Origin: a virus
Lineage: Duplodnaviria > Caudoviricetes
Length of the DNA: 59,952 nt
Reading direction: 5' to 3' (one strand)
IMG/VR virus record: IMGVR_UViG_3300017747_001692
Location: 1 to 59,952 of that record
The position numbers and the translations under genes were made by a program. Of this stretch, positions 43,404 to 53,506 are shown in pieces. Numbering within the stretch: the first letter of the stretch is position 1; each line of letters starts with the position of its first letter. Under the pieces are notes generated by a model. The model did not search any database. It was not told the origin of the DNA and saw only the letters and a list, made by a program, of their open reading frames with translations.

Positions 43404-44453
43404 TCAGGATATGCGGACAAAAAGTGTGGCGTACCCGCTATCGCAATATCCCATACAGCGCCATGTTTGACCACTGGGGATAGCGCTACCTCCGTTGTTA
43501 TTTGTGGCAGCGGGAGTTAAATTAGTGTATGGATACGTCGAACTATTTGTGGTTACAGAAGTGCCAAATGTTATGACGCCGCCAAACGAATAATCCCATG
43601 TCAAAAATGCATATGTTCCAACAGCGCCAGCAGTCGTGCTAACTGCAATGGTCCCGCTGCCGGTAATTGTCCCGCCAGTCAGTCCATTTCCCGCCGTGAT
43701 TGACGTAACTGTGCCCCCAGTTCCGGTTATTGTAACCCCGCCAGTAGATCCAGACAAACTAATGCCAGAGCCAGCGGCCAGAGAAGTGACGCCCGTGTTT
43801 GTAAAAGTAATGCCGCCCGTCGAGCCAGATACGCTAATGCCCGTGCCAGCAGCCGCAGATGTCACACCAGCATTCGTGACCGTGATGTTTCCGGTGGTGG
43901 TGTTGACCGATATGCCCGTGCCCGCATTTACAGACAGCGCGCCCGTGTTGGTGACGCTGACAGCGCCAGTCGCAGATGTGTTGGTGCTCAATCCGCTGCT
44001 GGTCGTCAGAGACGTTACGCCGGTATTGGTAAACGTCACGCCGCCAGTCGAACCCGAAACGCTGATTCCAGTGCCCGCCGCAGCAGAGGTCACGCCCGTA
44101 TTGGAGACAGTCACCGATCCGGTGGAGCCCGACACGCTAATCCCTGTGCCCGCCGCCAAAGCAGTCACACTTGCCGCAGGCGCAGAACTGGCCCAAGTTG
44201 TCCCGTTGCTGGTCAGGATATTACCGTTCGCCCCCGGCGCAACAACCTGAAGGGCGCTCGTCCCATTCCCCAAGAGCACATTGTTCGCAGTCAACGATGT
44301 GGAACCAGTGCCGCCCTGCGCCACCGTCAGCGTCGTTCCAGTCGTCAGTACCGTCCCATTGACCGCAGGCAGCGTCAGCGTCGTCGCAGAAGCCGTTGAC
44401 CCTGACGTAAGAGTGACTGAGCCGCCAGCCGTTGATCCAATATTCAAGGGCAT
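43404..44453 (-). CDS. Repeat-containing fibre protein
   Basis: Tandem ~25-aa GVTSxxAGTGISVSGSTGxVT repeats. Confidence 0.75.
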   Translation of the reverse strand: MPLNIGSTAGGSVTLTSGSTASATTLTLPAVNGTVLTTGTTLTVAQGGTGSTSLTANNVLLGNGTSALQVVAPGANGNILTSNGTTWASSAPAASVTALAAGTGISVSGSTGSVTVSNTGVTSAAAGTGISVSGSTGGVTFTNTGVTSLTTSSGLSTNTSATGAVSVTNTGALSVNAGTGISVNTTTGNITVTNAGVTSAAAGTGISVSGSTGGITFTNTGVTSLAAGSGISLSGSTGGVTITGTGGTVTSITAGNGLTGGTITGSGTIAVSTTAGAVGTYAFLTWDYSFGGVITFGTSVTTNSSTYPYTNLTPAATNNNGGSAIPSGQTWRCMGYCDSGYATLFVRIS

Positions 44454-44463
44454 TTCAGCGTCC

Positions 44464-44679
44464 TCATGTGCCAGAGGTGGATGCGAGAATGTAATAAACA
44501 GTCCCGTTAATGTTCACCGCAATCTTGTTCGTCACAGTGTTCGTGCTAGACGACGACACCGCCGTAGAGGCAAGCACCGTGCTATCCGTCGCAGGCAGCG
44601 TCAGGGTCGTGTCCGTGGAGGCCGCGCCAGCAGTCAGCGTAATTCCCCCGCCGCCCGTTCCTTTGATCGCTATTGGCAT
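44464..44679 (-). CDS. Small fibre-associated protein
   Basis: N-terminus resembles that of 43404-44453; AGGAG RBS. Confidence 0.65.
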   Translation of the reverse strand: MPIAIKGTGGGGITLTAGAASTDTTLTLPATDSTVLASTAVSSSSTNTVTNKIAVNINGTVYYILASTSGT

Positions 44680-44692
44680 GTCAAAGAAGCTC

Positions 44693-45271
44693 CTACTGAG
44701 GTACGCCGCCGACGATATTCCACGTTGACCCAGACGGAATCGTGACAGTCACAGACCCGCCAATGGTCACAGGACCAAACGTGCCAGCGTTTTTCCCCGT
44801 GGGGATAGTATAGCTGGTAGTGATGGTTATGTCATTAAGATAGAAAGCCAGATCGGAGCCGCCCCCAGTCGGAGACGTACTCGCCGTCACGACATAGCAG
44901 TTGGTCCCGTCGCATGCCACCGTAGCCACAAGGCTGGGGCTAACCGTGGCCGACACGCCCGCCCCGCCAGAGGCTATGATGATGTTCTTGTTGCCGGTTG
45001 TGGCGTTCCGCACCACCCACTGACCGCCAACTCCAGCCGGAATCGTGTAGGTCACATCCGCCGCAATCGAGCCGGTCACGTTCAGGATCAGCTTCTGATA
45101 CTGCGTAGCCGTGAGCGTGGCCGAGCCGGAAGTCGCGTTTAAGCTTGTTGTCCCGCCCAAGGCGGCGTCAATGATGGACATGTCGCCGTTAACAGGGACG
45201 TTCCATGTGTTGACGTAGTCGCCATTGCCGGGCAGCTCAAGAGACTTATTCGTGCTGAAAGTGCTGGTCAT
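44693..45271 (-). CDS. Tail fibre adaptor-like protein
   Basis: STFS....LELP..G....TW...N....ID.A N-terminus; C-domain shared with 2577-3284. Confidence 0.65.
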   Translation of the reverse strand: MTSTFSTNKSLELPGNGDYVNTWNVPVNGDMSIIDAALGGTTSLNATSGSATLTATQYQKLILNVTGSIAADVTYTIPAGVGGQWVVRNATTGNKNIIIASGGAGVSATVSPSLVATVACDGTNCYVVTASTSPTGGGSDLAFYLNDITITTSYTIPTGKNAGTFGPVTIGGSVTVTIPSGSTWNIVGGVPQ

Positions 45272-45280
45272 GTTCAGCCC

Positions 45281-47707
45281 TTAGATGTGTTTGTTGGCGA
45301 CTTCCAGAGCGCGGGTGACCGTGTCGTCACTCTCGTTCAGGAGGTCCTCAGTGCTTTTCGTGACGTGCTTCTTGGCCGCCTTGGATAATGCCATGAGATT
45401 GACTGCGCCGCCAGTGGCGCGACCCTCGCGGAGGTTTTTGACATCCTCCTCAAGGCCCGGCTCCGCAGTTACGCCAAGCGGAACCGCTGTGCGAGACGCA
45501 GGGAAGCGGTAGGGACGCGCCACGTTCTCTGGGGGACGATTGGCGAGGTATGTTTGAACTGCGGGCGTTCCCTTGATGACGCGGACGCCGCCGGGGATTG
45601 ATCCAAGCGCGCCAAAGACAGCGGCCAGCGTCGGATCAATTTGGGTCAATTGCGTCGCAGCCGCACCAACGACCGCTGGCGCCACCGTCAGCGCCGCATT
45701 GCCCCAAGCGCCCAGTCGGTTGGCGGCCTCCGCAGGCGGAAGTTGGCCAGCGCGGCGCATAACGTCGGCGTAGCGCGCCATCGCATTGCGTTCGCCATTC
45801 GTGAGGAAGCGGCGCGAGAACTCTGCGCCCTTGCCGGTCAACATCTGGTCGATATTGGTCGCCACACGCGAGAAGTCAGCGGCGGCTGTGGCAGCCTCAT
45901 TGGCCCCTGCGGGAACTCTCGGGGTCATCACTTGCTGCATGTAAGAACGCTTGATGTCCTCCAACTCCGGGGAATTGGGGCCAAGCGCCCGGCGCAGTTG
46001 CAGCATCGTCTTGATGGCCTGCTGCTTCAAATTCGCATCGCCAGACGAGGCAAAATTGAACATGGCGTTGCCAACGTCGTCGGCGCTCTTTGTGCCGTCA
46101 AGGACGCTGCGCATCAGTTGCCCGGCGTCTTCGCCGGTCTTTCTGACGCCAAACCGGCCCTGATATTCAGAGTAGAGCCTGCGGGCTGCGCGCCAGTCAT
46201 CGACGACATTCGGGTTGCCGGAGAAGGCCCCGTTGTTGATGTTCTGCTCAATCCGTTGGTCAAACTCGTCAATCAGGCGGCGAACGGCCCGACGATCTGC
46301 ATTATTCGTCGCGGCCCCAAGCGCCTCGTTGAGGAGCTTGCGACCGGCCTCGACACCCTGAAACGTCCTGTGGACAACAGATACTCCGGGGCCAGCAGGA
46401 ATTGCGGCACCTAAGACGGTGTCCAATTTAGTGGCAGCGGCCCGCGCAGCGTCGTTCCCAATAATGGAAAGGTTTCTCGGGTCAGTCGCAAGCCCCTGCA
46501 TTATCTTGTCGCCAAGATTGGAGATCGACTCACGGGTAAAGGTGCCGGGCGTGTTTTCGGCCACGGCATAGGCCTGAGTATATGCCCTGCGAAGAGCTTC
46601 CGCTTGACGGTTGCCAGCCTCAACAGCGGCAGTCACTGCGTCCCTGACGGAGGGTTGCGCGCCACCGGCGATGTTTTGAGCCGCCGCCGCCGCTTGTTCA
46701 GCTTGCGGGGCATAGTTTCCAAAACGAGCCTCACGCTCCAACTGCGCGGCCTCGCCAGTGACCATGCCGCGCGTGGGGGTGATGCCAAACTCTTCAAAGG
46801 GAGCCTCTGCGGCCCCTGCGGGCGTCACGCCGCGACGTTCAAAGGTCTGACGCAGTTGGGGAGTTAGGGTAGTAATTTCCTGATCAGTGAGGCCCGCAGC
46901 CCGCGCGGCGGCAATAGCCTCGTCGGTGAGCGCCCCAGAGGATGTTACGACTGGCTTGCCGCCGGTGAAGAGGCGCATGAGCCCGGAAGCTGTGCGCTCA
47001 AGAATGGGGGCAGCGACAGCGCCACCGAGAGTGCCGACAACTGCGCCCTTCACGGCGTCACCGATGTCGCCCTCCGCAGCACCGCCAGAAACAGCGCCAT
47101 AAGTTCCGCCAGTAAGGGCACCAGACACCATTGGGCCGCGCGCAGGCGCAATGGCCGGTAACGCTGTGGCTCCAAGCAAAAGGCCGCCAGCGGTGCCAGC
47201 GGCGCTGTAGCCGGGCTCAATAGTGGAGGCCGCACCCATTTTGCGTTCGGCTTCCTTTTTGGCCTCCACAAGCGGCATGTCAGCGTAACGCTCGTAGCCA
47301 GAAATACCAAGCTTGCCCGCACCCTTGGCGAGAGCGGCGGGGATATACGGAAACACACCGGCGGTGGCCGTGTCGGCTGCGGAGCCGGTCAACGCCAAGG
47401 CTTTTTGCGTCATGGGGTCAAGATGCCCCAGCTCCATTTGAGCGCCCGCCAACTTGCTCAGGCGTTCGGACTCAGCCTCCTGCTGCGTCTTCTCAATGGC
47501 TGGCAGCATCTTCTGCTCAAGAACGTCACCCATGCGGCGAGGCGTCAGTGGGCGAACTATTTTCTCTTGAACACTTTCGGCTGTCGTCGGCGGGGGCCTA
47601 GAACCCTCGGCGAACAAGGTTTCAACGCCTGCGCCACCCGGCTCCGCCTGCACCGCCGCACTGGGAGGAGGGCCACCAAAGAGGGCGTCGATCTCTTGCT
47701 GGCTCAT
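45281..47707 (-). CDS. Putative internal virion/ejection protein
   Basis: 808-aa Ala/Gly-rich helical protein with hydrophobic segments; ends RATGGAV. Confidence 0.65.
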   Translation of the reverse strand: MSQQEIDALFGGPPPSAAVQAEPGGAGVETLFAEGSRPPPTTAESVQEKIVRPLTPRRMGDVLEQKMLPAIEKTQQEAESERLSKLAGAQMELGHLDPMTQKALALTGSAADTATAGVFPYIPAALAKGAGKLGISGYERYADMPLVEAKKEAERKMGAASTIEPGYSAAGTAGGLLLGATALPAIAPARGPMVSGALTGGTYGAVSGGAAEGDIGDAVKGAVVGTLGGAVAAPILERTASGLMRLFTGGKPVVTSSGALTDEAIAAARAAGLTDQEITTLTPQLRQTFERRGVTPAGAAEAPFEEFGITPTRGMVTGEAAQLEREARFGNYAPQAEQAAAAAQNIAGGAQPSVRDAVTAAVEAGNRQAEALRRAYTQAYAVAENTPGTFTRESISNLGDKIMQGLATDPRNLSIIGNDAARAAATKLDTVLGAAIPAGPGVSVVHRTFQGVEAGRKLLNEALGAATNNADRRAVRRLIDEFDQRIEQNINNGAFSGNPNVVDDWRAARRLYSEYQGRFGVRKTGEDAGQLMRSVLDGTKSADDVGNAMFNFASSGDANLKQQAIKTMLQLRRALGPNSPELEDIKRSYMQQVMTPRVPAGANEAATAAADFSRVATNIDQMLTGKGAEFSRRFLTNGERNAMARYADVMRRAGQLPPAEAANRLGAWGNAALTVAPAVVGAAATQLTQIDPTLAAVFGALGSIPGGVRVIKGTPAVQTYLANRPPENVARPYRFPASRTAVPLGVTAEPGLEEDVKNLREGRATGGAVNLMALSKAAKKHVTKSTEDLLNESDDTVTRALEVANKHI

Positions 47708-47708
47708 A

Positions 47709-50700
47709 TCACTGCCTCATCGCGGGGATGGAGTAGAGTTGCTGCTTGGGGATTGGCCGGATGACCTGATCGGGCGGAGCTTCCGCACCTCCATATTGGA
47801 AGGCGTCGCCAGCCTTCAGCCCGCGTTTGTCAAAGAAGGCTTTTTGCTCCGTAGAAAGGCTCTTCGGCACAACATAGACTGCGCCGGGGGCCCATTCAGA
47901 AGCTTTGGGTAGCGGCATGCCAGCGAAGTTACCCATCTGGCGTTCAGCCGACTGTTCAAACTTCTCAATTGGATTGGCTTTAGACCATACAGCATAATAG
48001 GCAGACGGGCTGCGCCAGCCTTCCTCTTGCGAGGCGTTCTGCCAAGCCTGCATGAATGCATCGGTGCGGTTCAACGTGGCAAGACCTTCCTTTACCATTT
48101 GGAAGTTAGCCTGCGGAAGCTTATTAGGCTCCGGCGTTCCCTTTTCTTGCAAAGTCATAAATTCAGACTGAGCAAAACGGGGCGTGGCAGCCTTCAGTGT
48201 TTCCAATACAAGATTGGGGCCAATCTTCTGCGTCCACTGAACGGCGGCGGGGTCACCGCTTGCAAGGCCCCGAGCGATCTCGGGATAGCCGAAGCTCTGG
48301 GCGACAGCCGCCCACCCGGCGAGTGTGCTTTCCGCACTGCCGCTCTCAAACAGTTTGAAGGCATTCACCAGACCCATATAACGCTGGCGGGCCTGCCCAA
48401 CGGACGGGGCCTTTTCCATGAAGTCCTTTTGAAACTGCTCATCCATTGTGCTTTGATTTTTGGCTGCCGTGCTAATTTCGCTGACTTTAGTTCCCGGAGG
48501 AAGATTTGTCGGCTGGATCAATCCGCCGCCAGCGGGCGCAACAGGGCGGGCAAGAACAAGGCGAGCTGTCTTGGGGTCAACTTCGGCGACTTTTGGTGCT
48601 GTTTGTTGCGCAGCCGTGGGCTCAGGGGCAACGGCAGAAGGCATTTTTACGCCGGGCGGCAGGCGAACTTTTTCACCGCTGGGCGCTATTTCTTCTGCAA
48701 AATCTCTTTCCACCGTTCTTGCGATGCGGGCCTCTGCCTCTTTAAGCTGGCTGGCAATAGCGCCCTCAAACAAATTGTTGGCCTCTTCACGCCTCTTCGC
48801 CGCCTCTTCGCGCCTGTCCTTGGCCAGTTCCGCAAACCTCTTTGATGCGGCCTCAAGGCGCACACGCTCTTCAGCGCCCATGGTGAGGCCAGACCGGCGC
48901 GCTTCTTCCTGCGACTGCCGGAGATAGGTTTTGCCCTCATCCTCAAGGCGCTTTGCTTCGGCCTCAAGGGCCAGTGGGCGACGCTCTTCAGGAAGGTGTT
49001 GAAAGAGACTCTCATTCTGACGCGCAGCCGCAATCATCTCGGGCTTGGTCAAGATGCGATTAGGGTCTGGTTCGGCGGCCTTCGGGGCCGAAGTTGCGGC
49101 AGCGGGTTGCGTTGTAGTAGGAGCGGCAATCTCTTCCTTTTTTGCCGGAGGAGCGGGAGCGCGTGGCTGAACTGTCGGAGGTTCTTCCGTGACGATCTTT
49201 TTAGCGGTATCGACAGCGTCAACGGCGGCTCTTCCGCCCGGCGTGGAAGGCAATGCCGGGGCAGTTGCAGCCGCCCCAGAACCTTTTCCCCCAATGAACT
49301 GGTTTTGACGACGAGCCATTTCCTCTTGCGTGACATAGTCACCGGCAACGGTGTCCTGATACATATCTTTGTCGCCGACAAGAACAGGACCCTTGAAGCG
49401 GCCCTTGGACATCTCCAGCCTCTTCATAAGCTGATCGGCCTGCTGCTTCTGCAAGTCAGTGTAGGCAGTCGTGCCGCCCACCAACCCCGAGCCAACGGCC
49501 CCGAGGAACGTCTTGTTGGGCGACGCCAGCATCGAGCCAATGCCCGCCAGAGCGGGCACCCAGAAGTTCTCGGACGACAAGGTATCCTTCATCCCCTCGG
49601 GGACGAGTCCGCCGAGGTCTGGGATAGACGGGCGAGACCCGGAGGCGACGCCGGGTTCGCGCGCGCGGGGCGCAGGAACGGCGGCAATTGCACTCTCAGG
49701 TGTCGGGACGGGCCGCGTAGTCCGCACAAGCGGGGCGGAATGACCGACAACTGTCTTGCCGTCGCCGCCTTGGGTTGTCGTTTCAGTGCCGCCCTCGGCG
49801 CCCGCAAGGTCGGGCTCTGCGGTGGAATACTCGTCAGGAACTACAAGGCCAGCCCTCTGATAATGCTTGCGCTTGGCGGCCTTATCGGTCGCCTTCTTGT
49901 AGTTCACCGTCTTCATGCCGCCAGCAAGGCCAACAGCTTCGGGGGCGACCTTCTCAACCTTCTGGGCAAGGAGGCCCATCTGGGTCTTGTCGTCGCCATT
50001 GTAGGCGTAGCGGTAGACGGGTTGGCCGTCGAAGAGGGTGCCAACCTTCTTGATGTCGTGCTTGGCGCGCTCGTCAGACAGGAAGGCGAGGAAGGGAAGA
50101 GCCTCAAGCGCCGTCGTCCCTGCCGCAGCAAGGCCAGTTCCCAGCTCCGCGAGGCCCGCCGCACCGGCAAGGCCTTCCGCAGCCGCAGCGCCGCCAGCAA
50201 GGGCTTCGCCAGCCCCCGCCGCACCTGCGAGACCTTCAGCCGCAGCCGCAGCTTCCGGCGCAGCACCAGCAAGGCCAGCGCCAGACGTGAGGTCGATGAC
50301 GCCCGGCAAAGCCTCGGCGCTGGTGGCGCTCATGGCAGTCGGAGAAGCACCGAGGCCGAGCTTGTCCGCCGCCCACTCGCCGCCCTTGTAAAGGCTCTTT
50401 GCGGCATTAATCGTCTCGCCGAGGCCGCTCTTGGCGGGCTGGGGCTTCGGCGCGCCCTTCACGTCGAGGGACGGACGCGGCGTCTGTTGCTGCGTCTGGA
50501 GGGTGTCGTCCAGATAGCCCTCGGATATGCCACTGTAGGGGTTGGAGCTGGAGTTGACGTAGCCCCTATCACGATAAGCCTCACGGTCGCCGATCAGGCC
50601 GCCGTGGGCTTTGCCGAGGAGAGTGTCAACGTCAATGCCCTTCTCCTTAGCCCATTCAAGCTTCTGCAATTCGGCTACTTTTGCGGCGGCTTCAGAGGTT

Positions 50701-52988
50701 TTGCGGGCCGCAATATCCGCATCGCTGCGCAAAAAGTCGGGGCGATTCTTGTAGCCAGCGTAGCCCAAAGAAGCGAGGTCGCCGATCTGCTTGGCTTCGG
50801 CCAGAGCGTTGCGCTCCGCCGGACGCTGGCCGGGCTGCGCCTGCATCATCTGGCGAACCTGCATGGGCTCCAACTGGACGCCGTAGGGGCCACCGCCGAA
50901 GGCGAAGCCGCCACGGGAGAAGGCGCCGCCCTCGGGGCCGACAAGGCCGCCCTGCGACGAGTTCTGGCCAAGGAACCTGTCCAACTCGGACAGCCTTGAC
51001 TGCATGTACTCTGGGCCGGAGCCAAGGTCCGCGCCGCGCCCGCTGGAAAGCGCACTGCGCAGGCTTGCGGCTTCGGCGCGATTGGCCTCCATCGTGCCGG
51101 GCGAAAAGCCGGTCGCCTTGGGAGCGCGGAGGGCCTCAATCTCGGATGCGGGCGTCATAGAGCGGACAGCAATTCCCTCGGTCTTCATCTGGGGCAACTG
51201 CAATGCGCCAAGGCCGGTGGGCTTGGCCAGCATCTGGCTCTTTGACTCGGGGGTAATAGCGTAGGCGTCAGTTGTTCCCCCGCCGTCAGCCTTATGCACA
51301 GCGTCTTCCGTGGCCTTCTTGTAGTCCACGGTCTTGTAGCCGCCAGCAAGCCCCACCGCCTCGGGGTGCTCCTTTTCAACGTCCTGCGCCATGAGCCCGA
51401 TCTGGGTGCGCGGATCGCCCTTGTAGTTGTAGCGATAGATGGGCTGGCCGTCGTTGGTCTCGCCGACCTTCTGGACATTCTCCTTGAGGCGCTTGTCCGA
51501 GAAGAACCCGCCGCCGCCCGTCGTCGTGGACGTGCTCTGATTGCCCGACAGGGCGCCCGTGCCGGTGGCGATGTTCGCAAGGAACTGGGCCACTTGGAAG
51601 GGATAGCCCTGCTCTTGCATGAACTGATTGTACATGGCCTGCTTGCCAGCCTGCTCAGTCTGCTGTTGCTGTTGGCCAGCCTGCAATTGCGCCTGCGCAC
51701 CAGCAAGGCCCGCCTGTTGGGCATTCGTGCCAAGGTTCGCAAGGGCGCTGGACGTGCCCGCACCCATGCCGTAACCCTGTTGGCCAAGCGCAGCAAGCTG
51801 CTGGGCCGTCTGAGCCCCCTGACCGTACTGCTGTTGACCAAGGCCCTGAATGGCCTGACCAAGGCCCAGCGCCTGTCCATAGAGCCCCTGACCAAGAGCC
51901 GCAGCCTGTTGCGCCGCCGACAATTGTTGGCCAAAACCAGCCTGCCCAAGTTGAGACAAAGTCTGGGCGCCGGTCATGCCCTGCCCATACAAAGCCTGCC
52001 CCAAGCCAGCCATCTGCTGGGCGGCGCCAAGTTGCTGGCCATACCCCTGCTGCCCAAGGGCGGCGAGCTGGGGAGAAAGCCCTTGGAGAGCGGCGCGATT
52101 GGCTTGCTCTGCGCTTAAATTAACACCCTGCTGCTGTTGAGCAGTCTGCAAGGCATTCTGATAGGCCTGCTGGTATAGCGGGGCAATGGCTTGCGATTCA
52201 GCAAGGGCCTGTTGCCCGCGAAGCTGCGCACGTTGCAGCCCGGAACGGTCACCGCCAAATGCCCCGGCACGAATAGCTTCGGCCTGCTGTTGAGCCTGCT
52301 GCTGCCCAAATTGCTGGCCCAAGGCGGCCTGCGTAGCCGCAACGACATTCTGTGTATAGGGATTCAGGAACTGAACGGTTTGAAGCTGCCCCGGAGAAAC
52401 GGCCTGAGAACCGGCCAAAGCCGCCTGCGTGGCAGCCGTTTGATATGGCTGCGCCCCCCGAATTGCGGCCTGCGTTCCACGGGTAGCCGCGCCATAATAA
52501 GGGGCGGCAGCTCCAGCAGCGCCAAAAGCCGACTGGGCGGCGGCGAGATTTAGCGGGGCGGCAAGGCCCAGACCCGCACCAAGATTGGCTGTGGCGGCCT
52601 GATAATAAGGGGCCGCGACATTGGCGGCCTGAGCGTATTGTTCACCGGCGGTGGAGCCTAATGCCTGACCCGTCTGCTGCGCAGCCCCGAGCTGGCCCGT
52701 AGCGGCGCCAAGATAGCCCTGACCCTGCTGTTGAGCCTGACCGAGTTGCTGGGTGGCGGCCCCGTAATAGGGCTGCGCAGCCCCGGCCATCGCGTTAACA
52801 TTTTGAATGCCAGCCATTTGCGTGGGCGTCAGGCCAGCCACAAAAGCGTTGGGATCATTGCTGTAACGCTGGTAGGGTTGCTGGGCGACGGTTTCGGCCC
52901 GAGCGTTGACGGCATTGTACCGCGCCAAAACTTCCGGCGGAATTTCCGTCTTGTTGACTGTTGTCGAACCGCCTTTGCCGCCGCCCAT
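47709..52988 (-). CDS. Large ejection/DNA-transfer protein with two internal peptidase-S74 (intramolecular chaperone) domains
   Basis: MGGGKGG start, Gln/Ala-rich N-region; SDKRLK...GLMAQDVE and SDERAK...GLLAQKVE. Confidence 0.8.
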   Translation of the reverse strand: MGGGKGGSTTVNKTEIPPEVLARYNAVNARAETVAQQPYQRYSNDPNAFVAGLTPTQMAGIQNVNAMAGAAQPYYGAATQQLGQAQQQGQGYLGAATGQLGAAQQTGQALGSTAGEQYAQAANVAAPYYQAATANLGAGLGLAAPLNLAAAQSAFGAAGAAAPYYGAATRGTQAAIRGAQPYQTAATQAALAGSQAVSPGQLQTVQFLNPYTQNVVAATQAALGQQFGQQQAQQQAEAIRAGAFGGDRSGLQRAQLRGQQALAESQAIAPLYQQAYQNALQTAQQQQGVNLSAEQANRAALQGLSPQLAALGQQGYGQQLGAAQQMAGLGQALYGQGMTGAQTLSQLGQAGFGQQLSAAQQAAALGQGLYGQALGLGQAIQGLGQQQYGQGAQTAQQLAALGQQGYGMGAGTSSALANLGTNAQQAGLAGAQAQLQAGQQQQQTEQAGKQAMYNQFMQEQGYPFQVAQFLANIATGTGALSGNQSTSTTTGGGGFFSDKRLKENVQKVGETNDGQPIYRYNYKGDPRTQIGLMAQDVEKEHPEAVGLAGGYKTVDYKKATEDAVHKADGGGTTDAYAITPESKSQMLAKPTGLGALQLPQMKTEGIAVRSMTPASEIEALRAPKATGFSPGTMEANRAEAASLRSALSSGRGADLGSGPEYMQSRLSELDRFLGQNSSQGGLVGPEGGAFSRGGFAFGGGPYGVQLEPMQVRQMMQAQPGQRPAERNALAEAKQIGDLASLGYAGYKNRPDFLRSDADIAARKTSEAAAKVAELQKLEWAKEKGIDVDTLLGKAHGGLIGDREAYRDRGYVNSSSNPYSGISEGYLDDTLQTQQQTPRPSLDVKGAPKPQPAKSGLGETINAAKSLYKGGEWAADKLGLGASPTAMSATSAEALPGVIDLTSGAGLAGAAPEAAAAAEGLAGAAGAGEALAGGAAAAEGLAGAAGLAELGTGLAAAGTTALEALPFLAFLSDERAKHDIKKVGTLFDGQPVYRYAYNGDDKTQMGLLAQKVEKVAPEAVGLAGGMKTVNYKKATDKAAKRKHYQRAGLVVPDEYSTAEPDLAGAEGGTETTTQGGDGKTVVGHSAPLVRTTRPVPTPESAIAAVPAPRAREPGVASGSRPSIPDLGGLVPEGMKDTLSSENFWVPALAGIGSMLASPNKTFLGAVGSGLVGGTTAYTDLQKQQADQLMKRLEMSKGRFKGPVLVGDKDMYQDTVAGDYVTQEEMARRQNQFIGGKGSGAAATAPALPSTPGGRAAVDAVDTAKKIVTEEPPTVQPRAPAPPAKKEEIAAPTTTQPAAATSAPKAAEPDPNRILTKPEMIAAARQNESLFQHLPEERRPLALEAEAKRLEDEGKTYLRQSQEEARRSGLTMGAEERVRLEAASKRFAELAKDRREEAAKRREEANNLFEGAIASQLKEAEARIARTVERDFAEEIAPSGEKVRLPPGVKMPSAVAPEPTAAQQTAPKVAEVDPKTARLVLARPVAPAGGGLIQPTNLPPGTKVSEISTAAKNQSTMDEQFQKDFMEKAPSVGQARQRYMGLVNAFKLFESGSAESTLAGWAAVAQSFGYPEIARGLASGDPAAVQWTQKIGPNLVLETLKAATPRFAQSEFMTLQEKGTPEPNKLPQANFQMVKEGLATLNRTDAFMQAWQNASQEEGWRSPSAYYAVWSKANPIEKFEQSAERQMGNFAGMPLPKASEWAPGAVYVVPKSLSTEQKAFFDKRGLKAGDAFQYGGAEAPPDQVIRPIPKQQLYSIPAMRQ

Positions 52989-53003
52989 CGCCTACCTCAA
53001 GAG

Positions 53004-53495
53004 TTATTCGGCAGCCTGTTTCCAAGTGCCTGTGCGGGTTCCGTAAAGGAAATATGCCCCAGAGGGCGGCCCAAAAATGCGCTCGTACATGCGGATTTTG
53101 CCTGCCGTGCGCTGGCTGGACATGACGCCGATGGTGAGCGGTATTCCAAGTTCATCCGCAACCTTCTTGCCAAATTCGCACAACTTGCGAGCGCGACCAC
53201 CCTTCGCGACCCTGAAATCGGGGTGAATGAAGACGGCGCGCTCTTCAAGGATTTCGTCGTCACTATACCACACATGGCAAATTCTCAAAAGAATCGCCCC
53301 CTGTGGCTTCTCGCCGGGGACGCCGACGAAGCCGACGATCCCGTTTTCGCGGTTCAGGGCGGGCCAAACCTCGCGCAGGAGGAGTTCGTGATTGGGCCTC
53401 ACGAAGCTGTTTTCGTAGCTGCCCGCAATGGCCAGCTCCATCATGTCGTCCACATCCTCGGGCTTGCCAACCCACACCTTCAGTTCGTCAGACAT
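53004..53495 (-). CDS. GNAT-like acetyltransferase-fold protein
   Basis: FIHPDFR...GRARKL...YER.FG resembles GNAT motifs A/B. Confidence 0.55.
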   Translation of the reverse strand: MSDELKVWVGKPEDVDDMMELAIAGSYENSFVRPNHELLLREVWPALNRENGIVGFVGVPGEKPQGAILLRICHVWYSDDEILEERAVFIHPDFRVAKGGRARKLCEFGKKVADELGIPLTIGVMSSQRTAGKIRMYERIFGPPSGAYFLYGTRTGTWKQAAE

Positions 53496-53506
53496 TGAGA
53501 TCCCCC

